64,000 nt of DNA from assembly GCF_004010195.1 (NCBI RefSeq), contig NC_057718.1:66411351-66475350 (forward strand), in the 5' to 3' direction. The notes below the pieces were generated by a model. That model had not been told where the DNA came from and did not search any database. It worked only from the letters and a program-made list of their open reading frames with translations. The translations under genes were made by a program, and so were the position numbers. Every line of letters starts with the position of its first letter. The first letter of the stretch is position 1. Positions 38,901 to 51,466 of the stretch are shown here, in pieces. This DNA comes from Chiloscyllium plagiosum. Its lineage: Eukaryota.

Positions 38901-39960
38901 TACTCGTTCTGCCTTCTGGGTTCCAACCTAACTCCCAGTATTCACTTTTCAGGTCTTTCTCCCTTTCCCTACTTATGTCATTGGTACCGATGTGTACCAC
39001 AACTTCTGGCTGCTCTCCCTCCTCCTTAAGAATTCTGTAGATGTGATCAGAGACTCCCTGACCCTGGCACCTGGGAGGCAACGCACCATCTGGGAGTTTT
39101 GCTCTCGACTACAGAATTTCCTAGGCAGAAGTGGCCATTCCTGATGAAGTGCTTTTGCCTGAAATGTTGATTTTTTTCCTGCCTCTCAGATGCTGCCTGA
39201 CCTTCCGTGCTTTTCCAGCACCACTCTAATCTTGACACAGAATCTCCTGTCTGTTCCTGTCACAATTGAATTTTCTATCACTATTGCTCTCCTATTCTCT
39301 CCCCTTCCCTTCTAAGCCACAGAGCCATGCTCAGCGCCAGAAACCTGGCTGCTGTGGCTTTCCCCTGGTAGGACCTCCCAACAGTATCCAAAATAGTATG
39401 CTTATTATTGAGGGGAGCGGCCACAGGGGCTCCCTGCATAGTCTACCTATTACCTTTCCCCTTGTGACAGTCACCCAGCTACCTTTTGTCCTGTAACTTA
39501 GGTGTGCTCCCAATAAGTCCTCTCTATCACAACCTCTGCCTCCCAAATTGTCCGAAGTTCATCCATCTCTGGTTCTCGTTCCCCTAACCTGGTCTGTGAG
39601 GAGCTGGAGTTGGGTGTGCTTCTCACAGGCAAAGTCAGCAGGGGTGCCAGTGGTGACCCTTACGTCTCACATCCTGCAAGAAGAGCATACAACTGCCCTA
39701 GCCTCCATCCCCTCTGCCCTAAATTATCAAGAAAGATTGAATAAATGAAAAAAAAACTTACCAATTCTCCAAACACTGTCTTTTTTTTGGTTAGAGGAGC
39801 AGGACTGTGGCTTGTTTAGCCACAGTGCGCAAACATCAGTTCACATGCCCAGCAATCTCCATGCCCATGTACCCTCCTGTTGAGCCTTCAGTTCATGAGG
39901 TAAGTCTTTAAGAGGAAAACTTCACCTTCCTGACAGCTCCCTGGTCCTCAATGTCACCGC
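35985..39960 (-). mobile_element. Near full-length decayed CR1 LINE: ORF1 (zinc finger plus SGNH esterase) and ORF2 (EN-RT)
   Basis: ORF1 'VCSSCRM' and 'EQPEVVVHIGTNDI..SRVVISGLLPVP'. ORF2 'TRGEAILDLVFG' and 'VRPHLKYCVQFW'. Confidence 0.92.
39123..39236 (+). mobile_element. PLE pLTR family A insertion inside CR1 ORF1
   Basis: TSD acagaatttcct / acagaatctcct (39111-39122 and 39237-39248). 'ctgatgaagtgcttttgcctgaaatgtt' is a degenerate hammerhead. Confidence 0.8.
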
Positions 39961-40559
39961 TCTTACTGTTGCTAAAATAGAGGAAATATCTGTGTCATCA
40001 GTAAAGTTAGCAACCAAAAGCTTGGTCCCTTCATTAAAGTTGTTTATATAAATTTTAGAAGTTGAGGTACCAGCACTGATCACTGTGGCACACCACATCA
40101 TGCCAGCTGGAAAATGACCTATGTTTCACTACTTCCTGTTTCTGCTAGCCAATCTTCTATCCAAAGAATTAAGAGAAGGGCCGATTTTTTTTTTTAAAGA
40201 TTATTATGCACCTGATTCCACATCCCACCATCCCATTGCCCTGCTCTGAATATTTTAGTTCAATCAAAACCAGGCACCAGGCATACCTAAAAAGGAGAAA
40301 TTAATATGATGCATGTACAACACAGGTCTGTGTCTGTGCTTAAAAAGCAGATGCAGTATGGTCTTAAGTGATCCCATGACGAGCAGATCAGTTAAAACTC
40401 TGAAGTCCTGTCACATCCAACCTTGCATAGTGGTGAACAATTAAACACCTAACTGGAGGAGAAAGGCACTATACATGTCCCCAACCTCGGTGATGGCAGA
40501 GAATGGCATATTAGTGCAAAAGACAGCACTGAAGCATTGAAAGTGGGAGTGTTTGCTGA

Positions 40560-41165
40560 TTTCGTAATCAGTATAGGCCCAATCTACCTGACCTCTCCTC
40601 ATAAGACAAGCCTTCTATACCTGGTGTCAGCCCAGTGAACATTCTCCTATATGCCTCCAATGTCTGATAACTTTGCTTAGATATGGGGGGCATAACTGTT
40701 CACAGTATTTCAGCTGTGGTCTATCTGGTTTCTTGTGGAGCTAACTAAAACTACCTTCATTTAATACTCCATTCCCTTTGAGGTAAAGGCCACAATTCCA
40801 TTTGCTTTCCCTATTACCCACTGGACATGAATGCTAGCTTTTTTGAGACTCATTGACAAGGACTCCCAAATCCCTTTGTTCTGTAATTTGTGTATTCTTA
40901 CTCCATTTATATAATATTCAATTGCTTGGTTCTTTGCTAAAGAGCATTACCTCATATTTCCACACAATTGTATTCCATCTACTAAGTTTTTGTCCACTCA
41001 CTTAGCCTGTCTTCCTCTGCAGACTGTGTGTCATCCTCATTGCTGGCTTTCCAAGCTACTTTTGTCATCTACAAACTTGGCCATAGTATATTTACTTTCC
41101 TTGTCCAAGCCATTTAATATATATTGAAATTATATGACTCTAGCATTGATTCCTATGGTATACAC
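40560..41165 (-). mobile_element. CR1 LINE fragment
   Basis: ORF2 C-terminal DNA and an RT remnant ('tttgtagatgacaaa'). Confidence 0.75.
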
Positions 41166-42799
41166 CTTAGCTGCAGAAGTAGTCTATGCCCACATGTAAC
41201 AATGACACTGATATTATTCAACTTTGACTAAGGTGTTAAGTATCACTTATGACACAAGTGCAAGGGATGACATGTAGCATTAAGTTCAGGGAATATAGGT
41301 AGAACAGATATGATAAGAATCCATATTACAGGGTCTACCTGTGTATATGGTATAGCCAAATACCTTTGCTTGATACCAAGCCAGTATCTATAAACTCCTG
41401 GAACACAAGGGGATAGAGCAATATAATGACTCCAGCAAGAGGGAATCTATATATCTCCCCTTGACACAAAAGCATTTTTCATCACTTAATGTTCTACCAT
41501 CAACAGCCTGGACATTAGCACTTACAAGAAATTAAACTGTGGATCAGCCATATAATTGTAACTGAAAGAGCAGGGCAGAGGTTGTGAATTATGTAGTAAG
41601 TCACTCACTATCTGACTCCCCAAACTCAGGACATGCTGTACTTGTGTTATAGTGTGCCTTGACAAACCAGGAGATCAAATGGTACAGCTTATGATTTTTT
41701 TCCCCAAGTGTATACATCAAGTCAGACTATACTCCTGAAAAGGCACAAATGTTCATTCACTCTATGCACCTCAAGTCAGTGGGCATATTCTTACTCGGCT
41801 CTAATCATCAATTTGCAATTGCATCTTAAACAGATCTCCTGGCATTAGTGTATTTAATTCCTATGGTAAATTAATCAAGAATTATTCTTATCTTTCCAAG
41901 GTTTCCCATATCTCTTAGACGGTGCAGACGAGGCTACCTCCTTGATTCGATCATCCACTCCAGGGCCTGGCCCATTACCCAAGCATAATTGCTTATACTG
42001 TCTTCTGCTTAATCTTATTTGCTAAAAGACATTTCAATAAAAAAAAATATCCATTTCAGTTGTCACTTTGGCAATTGGTGTAGCCAAGGTAGCCAATCGA
42101 ACTGTGTTGATCTTTCCCCTTGTGTTCCACCAGTTCATAGATACTGACTTGGTCTAAGGCTTAGGGTTGTAAAGGTATTTGGTTATACCTTCTGTACAGG
42201 TTGGCCCTACAGTATGGATTCTTACCACATCTGTTCAGCCCTGCATTCCCTGAATTCAATGCTTCTTGCAATCTCTTCTGTATCCTTCTGATGCGGTGAC
42301 CCAAATATGTTAAATGTAGAACCAATACCAATTGACCAACAGCCGATACTTGAGGTGATCCTAATGCATGGGTGTACCTGTATATTTGATCTCCGATTTC
42401 AAAAATCCTCCCAACAATTGGTATTTACTTGCTTTGTATCATCAGCAGTGTTCTCTCTTTTTTTTTCCTTCAGCGCAGACCTCAGAGGTCCATGCACAGG
42501 TGCTTCCAGATGTAAGAGCTGTGCATTGGCATGCCATTTGATGAGGGTGGAACTTCCCAGTATCTGCACAGCCTTGCAACTTGAAGTGTTTATCATCAGC
42601 AGATGTCCTATCTTGCTGCTGCATTGTGATATGTTCTATATGTTTGCTAGACTGCATTTTGAATAACGTAAGGTGGTCAGGCACAATAATAATTTAGAGG
42701 GGAACTGGCTCTAAGTCTGTGTCAGGCTTTTCTTAATGCCTACTTTCAGTTATATGTTGCTTATACCATAGGACATGTAGGCCAGACCAAATAAAAATA

Positions 42800-43005
42800 G
42801 CAGTTTCCTTCTCTAAAGGACTTTAGTGAACCAGATGTTTTTTTCTGAGAATTGATAATGGATTTGTCATTATCATTAGACTCTTAATTCCAGATTTTTA
42901 TTGAATTCAAATTGCACCCTCTATCCATGGCAGAATTTGACCTGGGTACCCAGAATATTACCTAGGTCTCTGGATTAGCAGTCCAGTGATAATACCACTA
43001 GGCAA
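42800..43005 (-). mobile_element. tRNA-derived shark SINE fragment
   Basis: Reverse complement of the family at 50135-50495. Confidence 0.6.
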
Positions 43006-43264
43006 TGTTGGGCAAGTTTATTTGTTACTCGCGGTCTCCGTATCTTTCCCTTTACTGTTTAATACTGTTGTTGTGGGTTGGGTCCATGGTTTGATATTTT
43101 CATGTGCAAAGCTGCCTAGGCTCTTGTCCAGGATGGTGGGGTATGTCGCTGTCACAAGTCAATGTACTCTAAGGCTACTTAACATGGGAGCTCTCGTTTC
43201 TTGATCAATTCAAGTCTCTCACTCTCTGTCTCTCTCTCTCTTCACCCCTTTAAATGAGCGTCGT

Positions 43265-44500
43265 TACCCAGTGCAATCTCCTGCTTTTTCCCCATATGCT
43301 TGTGCACTATTTATACCTGAATAGTCATTCAATGCCTGCTTGAATGCATCAATTGAACTTGGCTGTAGTGCATTCCTTACCCTAACTACTTGATGTGTGA
43401 AAATGTTTTTTGCTTCACATTTGCTTAGGATGCACATCACTTTCAATCTATGCCCTCTTATTCTTGTTCTTGTTATGAGCTACAAAAACTTCTATGTATT
43501 CTAACTATCTATCTCATGATTTTGAAAATCCCTATCAAATTTCCTCTCAGCCTTCCTCTCTCCAAAGAGTACAGTTTTAATTACTTTAATTATACCCTCA
43601 GTTGAAGGTTCTTCTTTCTGGTGCCATTCTTGTAAATCACTTCTGAACTTTCTCCAATACATTCATATCTTGTCTATCATGTGGCAGCCACAGCTAAACA
43701 TCATATTCCAAATGAGGTCTAACACGTTTCTTCCAAAAGTTCAACATCATTCCCCATAGTCTTGTATTCTATTTTAAGGGCAGCATGGTGGCTCAGTGGT
43801 GAGCAGTGCTGCCTCACATGCCAGGACCCGGGTAATTCCCACCTCAATTCCCACCTCGGGTAACTGTCTGTGTGGTGTTTGCACATTCTCCCCATGTCTG
43901 CGTGGATTTCATCTAGGTCCTCCGGTTTCCTCCCACAATCCAAAGATGTGCAGGTCAGGTGACTTGGTCATGCTAAATTGCCTGTAGGTTTGGGTGCATT
44001 AGTCAGGACTAAATATAGGGTAGGGGAATGGGTCTGGATGGGTTATTCTTTGGAGGGTCCATGTGGACTTGCTTGGCCAAAATGGTCTGTTTCCATATTG
44101 TAGGGAATCCAATCTATGCTCCTATTAATAAAGGTGAAGACATTGTATGCTTTATTAACTGCTGTCTCCACATGTCCTGTCACCTTCAGTGATCTGTGCA
44201 TATATACACCCACGTTCCCCAGCCCTTGAACCCCCTTAGAATTGTAACTCCCCTTTTTATGTTGTAGTTCAATGTTCTTCCTATCAAAGTACATAATTTC
44301 CTATTTCTCAGTATTGAACCTCATCTGTCACCTATCCGCCCATTCTGCTATCATCTCAATATCCTTCTAGAGTGCCACACTGTACTGCTCACAGTTTATA
44401 ATTTGTAAGCTTTGCATAAGCTGCAAAATTTGAACTTGTCCCCTGCACACCAAGATCCAGATCATTAAGTCATGAAAGGGAAGAGTCCCAAACATCAATC
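43265..44500 (-). mobile_element. Decayed CR1 LINE with a nested HE1
   Basis: ORF remnants 'IFTHQVVRVRNAL' and 'GVYMHRSLKVTGHVETAVNKAY'. Confidence 0.8.
43778..44116 (+). mobile_element. HE1 V-SINE
   Basis: Head gggcagcatggtggctcagtgg, V-domain and tail. Confidence 0.9.
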
Positions 44501-44519
44501 CCCCATGAAACTCTATAAT

Positions 44520-45158
44520 TCCATAAATAGGAATAAGAGTAGGCCAATTGAGCCAGCTCCGCCATTTAATCGGATCATGGCTGATCCGACAATCTTCACA
44601 CCCAATTTCATGACTCCTCTACTGATCAAAAATCTGTCTATTTCATCCTTCAATATACCCAAGGATTCTGTCCCCATAGCTCCCTGGGGTTCCAAAGACA
44701 CTGAACTCTCAGGGAAGAGATTTCTCCTCATCTCCGTCTTAAATTGGTGACCCTTTGTTAGATTAGATTACTTAGTGTGGAAACACGCCCTTCGGCCCAA
44801 CAAGTCCACACCGACCCTCTGAAGCGCAACCCACCCATACCCCTACATTTACCCCTTCACCTAACACTACGGGCAATTTAGCATGGCCAATTCACCTGAC
44901 CTGCACATCTTTGGACTGTGGGAGGAAACCCACGCAGACACTGGGAGAATGTGCAAACTCCACACAGTCAGTCGCCTGAGGTGGGAATTGAACCTGGGTC
45001 TCTGGCACTGTGAGGCCGCAGTGCTAACCACTGTGCCACCGTGTCTTTCGGTCCGAGACACACACATGAGGGGCAACATCCTCTCTGCAGTTACCATGTC
45101 AAGCCCCTTAAAAGTCCTGTAGGTTTCAATGTGATCACCTCTCATTCTTCTAAACTCC
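44520..45158 (-). mobile_element. CR1 3' end with a nested HE1 (44757-45042, minus strand)
   Basis: 'MRGDHIETYRTFKGLD' is interrupted by HE1 sequence. CR1 3' UTR at 44520-44755. Confidence 0.85.
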
Positions 45159-45159
45159 A

Positions 45160-45672
45160 GGCACTACTGGCACTAGAGGAGGTGCAGAGGAGGTTCATGA
45201 GGTTGATTCCTGAGGTGAGGGGTTGGCTTATGAGGCAAAACAGAGTAGACTGGGATTATATTCATTGGAATTTAGAAGAAATGGGGGGGGGGGGAGGAGG
45301 AATGGGTCTTGCAGAAACATGTAAAATTATGAAGGGAATAGATAAGATAGACTTGGAGAGAATGTTTCCACTGACAGGTAGAACTAGGACAAGAAGGCAT
45401 AGCCACAAAATTAGGGGGAGCACATATAGAACTGAATTGAGAAGGAACTTGTGAATCTATGGAATTCCCTGCCAAGTGAAGTAGTTGACACTACTTAAGT
45501 AAAAGCTTTTAAAGTCAAGATAAACTTTTTTTGAACAATAAAGGAATTAAGGGTTACGGTGAGAGGGCGGGTAAGTGGAGCTGAGTCCACAAAAAGATCA
45601 GCCATGATGCTATTGAATGGCGGAGAAGCTTGAAGGGCCAGATGGTCTACTCCTGCTCCTAGTTTTTAAAGT
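45160..45672 (+). mobile_element. CR1 3' end
   Basis: 'LALEEVQRRFMRLIPEVRG..ETCKIMKGIDKID' followed by a 3' UTR ending 'ctactcctgctcctagtt'. Confidence 0.88.
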
Positions 45673-45699
45673 TCTTATTATTCTGACACTGGGTACTAT

Positions 45700-46600
45700 T
45701 CTGTTCTGTTCCTGTCCTACGTGCATGTAAAATGTGATCTGCTGATTCTAAATCTCTCCTCCATCCATACAGCTGCTTGCAAAGCTTTCTCATGAACTGT
45801 TAACCACACTTTCTCGATGGTCCTACTTCCTTGCCAGCATTCATAATGTCCCCTATCAATCACATCACTTTTTTCTTGCCATTAACTTTGTTATGGAGTT
45901 AATGTGATTGTGCTACTGATTGTTGTCTTGAGTCACAGGGTGTTAACCAACGGATCAGTCTAATCTTGTGTCAGCTAAAGACATTCAAGAGACATTCTTT
46001 AACGTCCAAATCATTGGGAACCATGGCCGAGCTCTGTGAATGCCTGGGAATATGACACTTTTTTTTATTCCTAGCAACTTGCAAACTTCCCTATCACTGA
46101 TCCTGTAAAATGTGTTGGCTAATCCAAATCCATCTGCAATAATATTCTCCTTCACCATTATGTTTCCTACTTTAGACATTGCTTTCTTCATTGCTGTAGT
46201 TATGGGACTAATGTTTTCCCTCTCACAGTCATGCTGTGTGGGCCACTCTTTCAATACAGTGGTTCTTCCCTGTACTTGGTCACCATTTCCCCTAAACTTG
46301 CTCAGTCAATTTCCTCCTCATCAATAACAAGGCATACTGGCACCAATGTCTAATATTTTGTTTTCTTCGACTGTTTTATTTTGACATTTGCTTGACATTT
46401 GCTCAAATGCACAGTTGTGAATACATAATGGTAATAATAACTGTCCCTTTCTATCTTCTGTCTTACTTTTGGCCTTCTCTGCTTTTTTTTCTTTTCCTTG
46501 GGGTATTTCCCCTCTAGGTTCCATCTATCTTTGTGTTTTGGTCTTTTCTGGTGCTCTTTTGTGAACTTCATTATAGAGCCCTAGAGTCCTCAATCAGAGC
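45700..46600 (-). mobile_element. Decayed LTR retroelement (retrovirus-like) integrase remnant
   Basis: Minus strand across frameshifts: 'VKENIIADGFGLANTFYRISD', 'EVCKLLGIK', 'CHIPRHSQSSAMV', 'MIWTLKN'. These resemble the integrase core KEIIPRFGLP..SD / HxPYHPQSSGxVERMNRTLK. Confidence 0.6.
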
Positions 46601-46635
46601 CATAACGTCCTTATAAAAGCCACGTTGGAAACCTG

Positions 46636-46785
46636 AAACAAGCATGGAAATTGTTAGAGAAATTTAGCGAGTCTGGCAGCATCTGTGGAAAGAGAAAAAT
46701 CAAGTTTGAACTTAAAAATAACTTTGTTCCTCTCTTCACAGATACTGCCAGACCTTCTGAGTTTCTTCAGCATTTCCTTTTGTTC
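46636..46785. mobile_element. Decayed palindromic PLE pLTR (family B)
   Basis: Inverted arms 'gtctggcagcatctgtggaaagag' and 'ctcttcacagatactgccagac'. Confidence 0.7.
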
Positions 46786-48064
46786 CACAACACCCTCTGT
46801 CACTTCCTCCTTTCCTGAAAACGTTTTTATCTTTTATTTAGACATATGCCCTCTCTGTGTGGTGTTAATTTCTCAACTTGTGTCTTTGGTTGATCTGTTC
46901 TCTTTGTGAGTTCTAGGAATCTAACCTAACTGCATGGTTTTGGCTTCCCATAGTGTCCCTTGTCTCAACTTTTTATTTAAATTTTTGGAATTTCATCACG
47001 TCAGTTTGGTGAGGTGATATGTAAAATAAGCTGGTCCTGATGACGTGATAAAGATCCTTTTGTTGACTCCAGTGTCATTGTGGTGTAGCTTTGCTGAGAA
47101 ACCACCAGTGTACTAAGCACAGATTACCATCATTTATTAAATTGTACACAGACAGTTTGAGACTTTACTCTGAAAAGCCACAAGTGCTTATTTCTTTTAT
47201 ACATCTAAAGTAATGTATACATACCCTTGCTCAACTTTAAACTTGTCAACTACCAATTGCATGTAACAGACATCTGTTTACTTAGCTCCTGTGGTACATG
47301 TATCAAGTATTGTTCTTATCCTAGGTCTCCCATTTCGCAATGATTATGCAGTCCAGGCTGCCTCCTTATTTTTAAATCACCAACTCCCTAGCAAGGCCCT
47401 TTGTTGTAGTCTGTGTTTATCCTGTCTAATGTACATCTGTGAATCACTTTATGTTCTGTCTCTTCCTGATCAATTACCAAAAAAGGTCATAAGACTACCT
47501 CTGTTATGTTGTGACGATGACTCCTAATAAGAATGTTATTTAGTAATGATTGTTTGTCCAGTTTCAAATTGTCTACTATGCATTATTTTTGAAGGATGAA
47601 TGTTCTCAAACTGATTAGTATCCATATCCCTGATAGAAAATGCTGTAACAATTTGCATGCACATTTTACACATTTGGAAATCAGCCTAGTATGTTGCTAT
47701 TCTACTTTCCAGGGAAAAACAATCTCTACAGCTAGGTCATAGTTGATTTGCTGTTTCTTTTCTTTCATCCTTTCCTGTACTTCATGATTCCTTTCTCCAG
47801 TGATTTCTACTGTCTGCTGCTTCTGAGCTGATTTATTTCATTCTCGCGTTTCAATTCTGCAGGTGAGTGTTTGGAGAGCATGAATGTTTGTGAGATCCCA
47901 TTGCTTTGCTGCCTGCATGAGTGAGAATGCCTAGTTAACTTCCCTTCATAAAAAGATCAGTGTTATGATGGAGATTTGAAACATTATGTTGTTTTTTTTT
48001 GCACTGAGCAAATTAGCTGAGAAAACAAATCAAATTGCATTAATTTTGAATTAATTACTGATTA

Positions 48065-48221
48065 CAGAGGAACCTCAATTATCCGACATTCGATTAACCG
48101 AATTTCGGATTATCTGAATAAGGTCACAAGGTCCAGATGCTTGGCTAACTGTTATCCAACGTTTGATTAACCGAATGAAGTACTCCTTGCCTGTCCCCTT
48201 CGGATAATCAAGGTTCCTCTG
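48065..48221. mobile_element. Tigger/pogo-type MITE (157 bp)
   Basis: TIRs cagaggaacctcaattatccga / tcggataatcaaggttcctctg. TA duplication at 48063-64 and 48222-23. Internal attaaccgaa repeats. Confidence 0.9.
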
Positions 48222-49699
48222 TAATTGTAATATGCATGTTTACTTCATTTTAAAAAAAAAGTAAATACCATCGCCATTCACTGGTGATATCTCTGTTGCC
48301 TGTCCGTAGTTATGATTTGCTCTAACTTTGGAGGAAGAAAACTGTTTCTTCAATTGCTTTGCTGATATTGCCAAGCAGAAACAAGTCAACTTTTCTCTTC
48401 AGCTCTGCCTTCGTAAGGTGCAGAGGGAACCAGATTAAATTGCTTTTAATTGTGCATGATTATTGGTGATGAATTACGGTGATGCTGTAATTGGAATGAA
48501 AGTGCTTTAATTGGCTAAAATTGTAAGTTTGTAGTCAATTTATCATTTAATTCCTGAACATTGCTGGAGAAAAAAATATGCTGTTGAAACTTTTGTGATC
48601 AGTGCAAAATAAATAGACACACACTGTCCAATGATGAAACCACACCCAAAATGCAATGACGCATCTTGAATTTTTAGAGTATGCTGAAGACATTTACCTA
48701 TTACAAACAGCCAAAAGAGTATGCTATTTTATGCAATCTACAGTTGTTTGGATGTATGGTTTACATTTTTGAACAATTCCAAGTGTGTAAAGAATTACAG
48801 CAATAACTAATTTAAGGTTATCGCATCAGGTTTACAAAGTAACTCATTTTATGCGTGCTAGAACTTATATATATTTATACAACAGATGTATTCATCACAA
48901 ACAAAAGGAACTTGTCCAGACATTGTGCCTCCTTTTTAAATTAAAGGAAATGTCTGGGGGCGGTCGTTTCACAGTATGGCACCGCATTGACCAATAAGAG
49001 TCAACTTGTCAATGTATCATCACTTGTTTCTCTTTCAGTGTATGTTGTTGATTCCTTTCAAGTTTGGTATTCTTGCATCTGTCCTGATGAGTGCAAGATG
49101 AAATTCTTCTACAGTGTATCCCTTTTTTTCCAACAGCTCTTGAGTTCTATACTACCGTGCAACTGTTGCATTCTTCTTAAATATTGATGAATGAATATGT
49201 TTTATAATTTGAGAAGATAGCCAAGTGTTTTGACTGCATTATTATGTTCATTATCATTTCCCACTGTGTTGGAAAATTTCATAACTGGTAATTCCTAAGA
49301 ACAGATTCTCTTTCTCCTTGTGGAGATTTTAAAAAAGAAAGGCTTGGATTTGTTTTGTTCTTCATGACCTCAGCATCCTAAAGTGCTTGATACCGAAGAA
49401 CATACTTCTTGGAAATGTTGTTACCTTTATAATGTAGAAAATATGGCAGTTAAATAATGCTCCCCAAAAGCAGTGACGTAATAATAACCAGGTATGCTGG
49501 AGGTGTGTTAAAAGATGTTTGTTGGTTTCCAATGTTGGATGGTACTGAATTATTCTGATCTGTTCATTCTGCTAACAAGTGCAAATTGATTACCTGCTGT
49601 ATTAATGTGGAATTGTGTGGTGTGAGAAAAAAAGAAAATAATTTCACGTCAGACATTACAAATCTTGGAATAATTAACTAATATTTGTGTCCAATGCAG

Positions 49700-49804
49700 A
49701 TAAGACAACTGGATCCAATTCATCACTGTGTTCGTCTTAGAAGAACGGAGTACAATAATGTGGAATATTATGTTCCTAACAGTTTGGACTATATACAGGA
49801 ACAG
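49700..49804 (+). CDS. TIAM2: Internal exon of the TIAM2-like gene: C-terminal RBD (IRQLDPIHHCVRLRRTEYNNVEYYVPNSLDYIQEQ)
   Basis: Acceptor ccaatgcag| and donor CAG|gtaata. 105 nt, phase 0-0, in frame with the previous exon. Resembles recalled TIAM2 'MRQLEPSHYGLQLRKLVDDNVEYCIPAPYEYMQQQ'. Not present in the ORF track. Confidence 0.85.
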
Positions 49805-50134
49805 GTAATATTTGATACAATATTTTATATAAATAAAGGTCACTTTCCTGATTTGAAATGATTATTCATATTCCATTTCATACTTCCATAGATATCTGCA
49901 TTCCTTAGGCCTTTCTATGCATAAACTTCAGCTGCAAGTATGGAGAATATTGTAGGCAGAATTAATATAAACTGATTCAATCAATGCAATGCTGACAAGC
50001 ACTTTATTAAAGTAGTAATGAGTATTAATCCAAAAAGATGTTTTAAAATGCCTCATTATCATGTCTTACCATAATTGGTATTTTTCAAAGCTTTTCCTAA
50101 CCAATTAATCTCTGTAACTTAGGCTAATGTTGTT

Positions 50135-50495
50135 GGGGACACGGTGGCATTGTGGTTATTTCACTAGACTAGAAATCGAAGGGTGTTAGTATTCTGGAAT
50201 TGTAAACTAGCCTCTTTAATGATGACCATGACACTATCATTGTCGATTGTGTGGTGCTGGAAAAACACAGTAAGTCAGGCAGCATCCGAACAGTAGGAGA
50301 ATAGAGGTTTCAGGCATAAGCCCTTCATCAAGAATGACACAATCTTTGTTTGTTATGAATATCCAGGTTTCACTAATGCATTTTAGTGAAGAAAGTCTGC
50401 TGTTCTGACCTTAACTCTTTAATTTAGTTCAAGCTTAATTAGGGATGGACAACAAATATTGGCCTTGCCTTGACATCCACATCCCATGAAAAATG
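50135..50495 (+). mobile_element. tRNA-derived shark SINE with a nested PLE pLTR fragment (about 50250-50335, minus strand)
   Basis: Head 'cacggtggcattgtggttatttcactagactag' and tail 'agggatggacaacaaatattggcc..cacatcccatgaa'. The insert is flanked by atgacac repeats. Confidence 0.7.
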
Positions 50496-51208
50496 CCAGT
50501 TAAACAGAAGCTCCTACAGTTCGATGAAATAAATAACTAACTAACCTGTAGTAAATAGCGTTGCTCAGTTCTCTTGTGCAAGTAAGTGGTGCCTTGGTTT
50601 CATATGTCACTCTAAAAGGTGATATCCAGTAAAATCTGGAAACTTATATTGTGATCAAATCTGGGAGCATAGTGTGAAGCCAAAATCTTCTGAATAAACC
50701 CAGAAGGAACAGTGTTTTTCAGATGTGCTGAGGATAGCAGTAACATTTTAATTGTTCATCAGAAAATTGTTAACTCAGGATACACTAAACATAACTAGAA
50801 ATTTCTGCATAGGGTTATAATTTATACTCGCCAGGTTATTAAGGGAGTTGTCAATTATTAACCTCATTAACTATAATGCCATCAATTATTTTCTACATGA
50901 TTGTTATATATTGCTCCTCTTAATTTCCTTGACTTCGTTGCATGCCTTTCTTACAAGGCAGCCAGGCTACCTGGATTCTCTACTCTGCCTTCTAGTATTT
51001 TCCTCAAAACGTCCATTATTTTTCGGTCCAGTTGTAGCCAGTATATCTGGAGCAACACCATGTTCTCCTCTTGCCTGATTACTTTTCGGAAGGATCCATC
51101 CCTCAATTCCTGCTCATCTTCAACATGCTGCCCCTTGATGACATCCATTGTCACAGCATCAATTGAAAGCTCTCAGCATGCACATCATGCCTACTTTCTT
51201 GAGAGGAG

Positions 51209-51466
51209 TCATGATTTGGAGATACCGGTGTTGGACTGGGGCATACAAAGTTAAAATTCACACAACACCAGGTTATAGTCCAACAGGTTTAATTGAAAGC
51301 ACGCTAGCTTTTGGTGCGTCACTCCTTCATTAGGTGGTAATGGAGGGCTCATTCCTAGGATTGAGCCCTCCACTACCATCTGATGAAGGAGCGACACTGC
51401 GAAAGCTAGTGTGCTTCCAATTAAATCTGTTGGACTATAACCTGGTGTTGTGATTTTTAACTTTGT
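51209..51466. mobile_element. Palindromic PLE pLTR insertion, family C, with a hammerhead motif
   Basis: Arms of about 110 bp (51245-51356 and 51357-51466) centred on cct|agg. The + arm reads cat-CUGAUGA-A-ggagcgacacugc-GAAA-GC-UA-gug. Confidence 0.8.

Larger units (their letters stand above)
34085..40160 (-). mobile_element. Old CR1 host element split by several younger insertions (pieces at about 34085-34634, 35305-35555, 35925-35980 and 39985-40160)
   Basis: The ORF2 3' sequence resumes colinearly after each insertion and ends at the 'ggtgtgccacagtgatcagtgctggtacctc' (GVPQGSVLGP-like) RT motif. Confidence 0.75.

Noticed and set aside
42150..42700. ORFs 42307-42666 and 42442-42684 as a gene or retroelement
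   Set aside because: No recognisable motif or splice-supported frame, so it was left unannotated.
44520..45672. Single CR1 with a twin-priming inversion
   Set aside because: Both halves contain their own, diverged 3' UTRs, so they are two independent opposed insertions.
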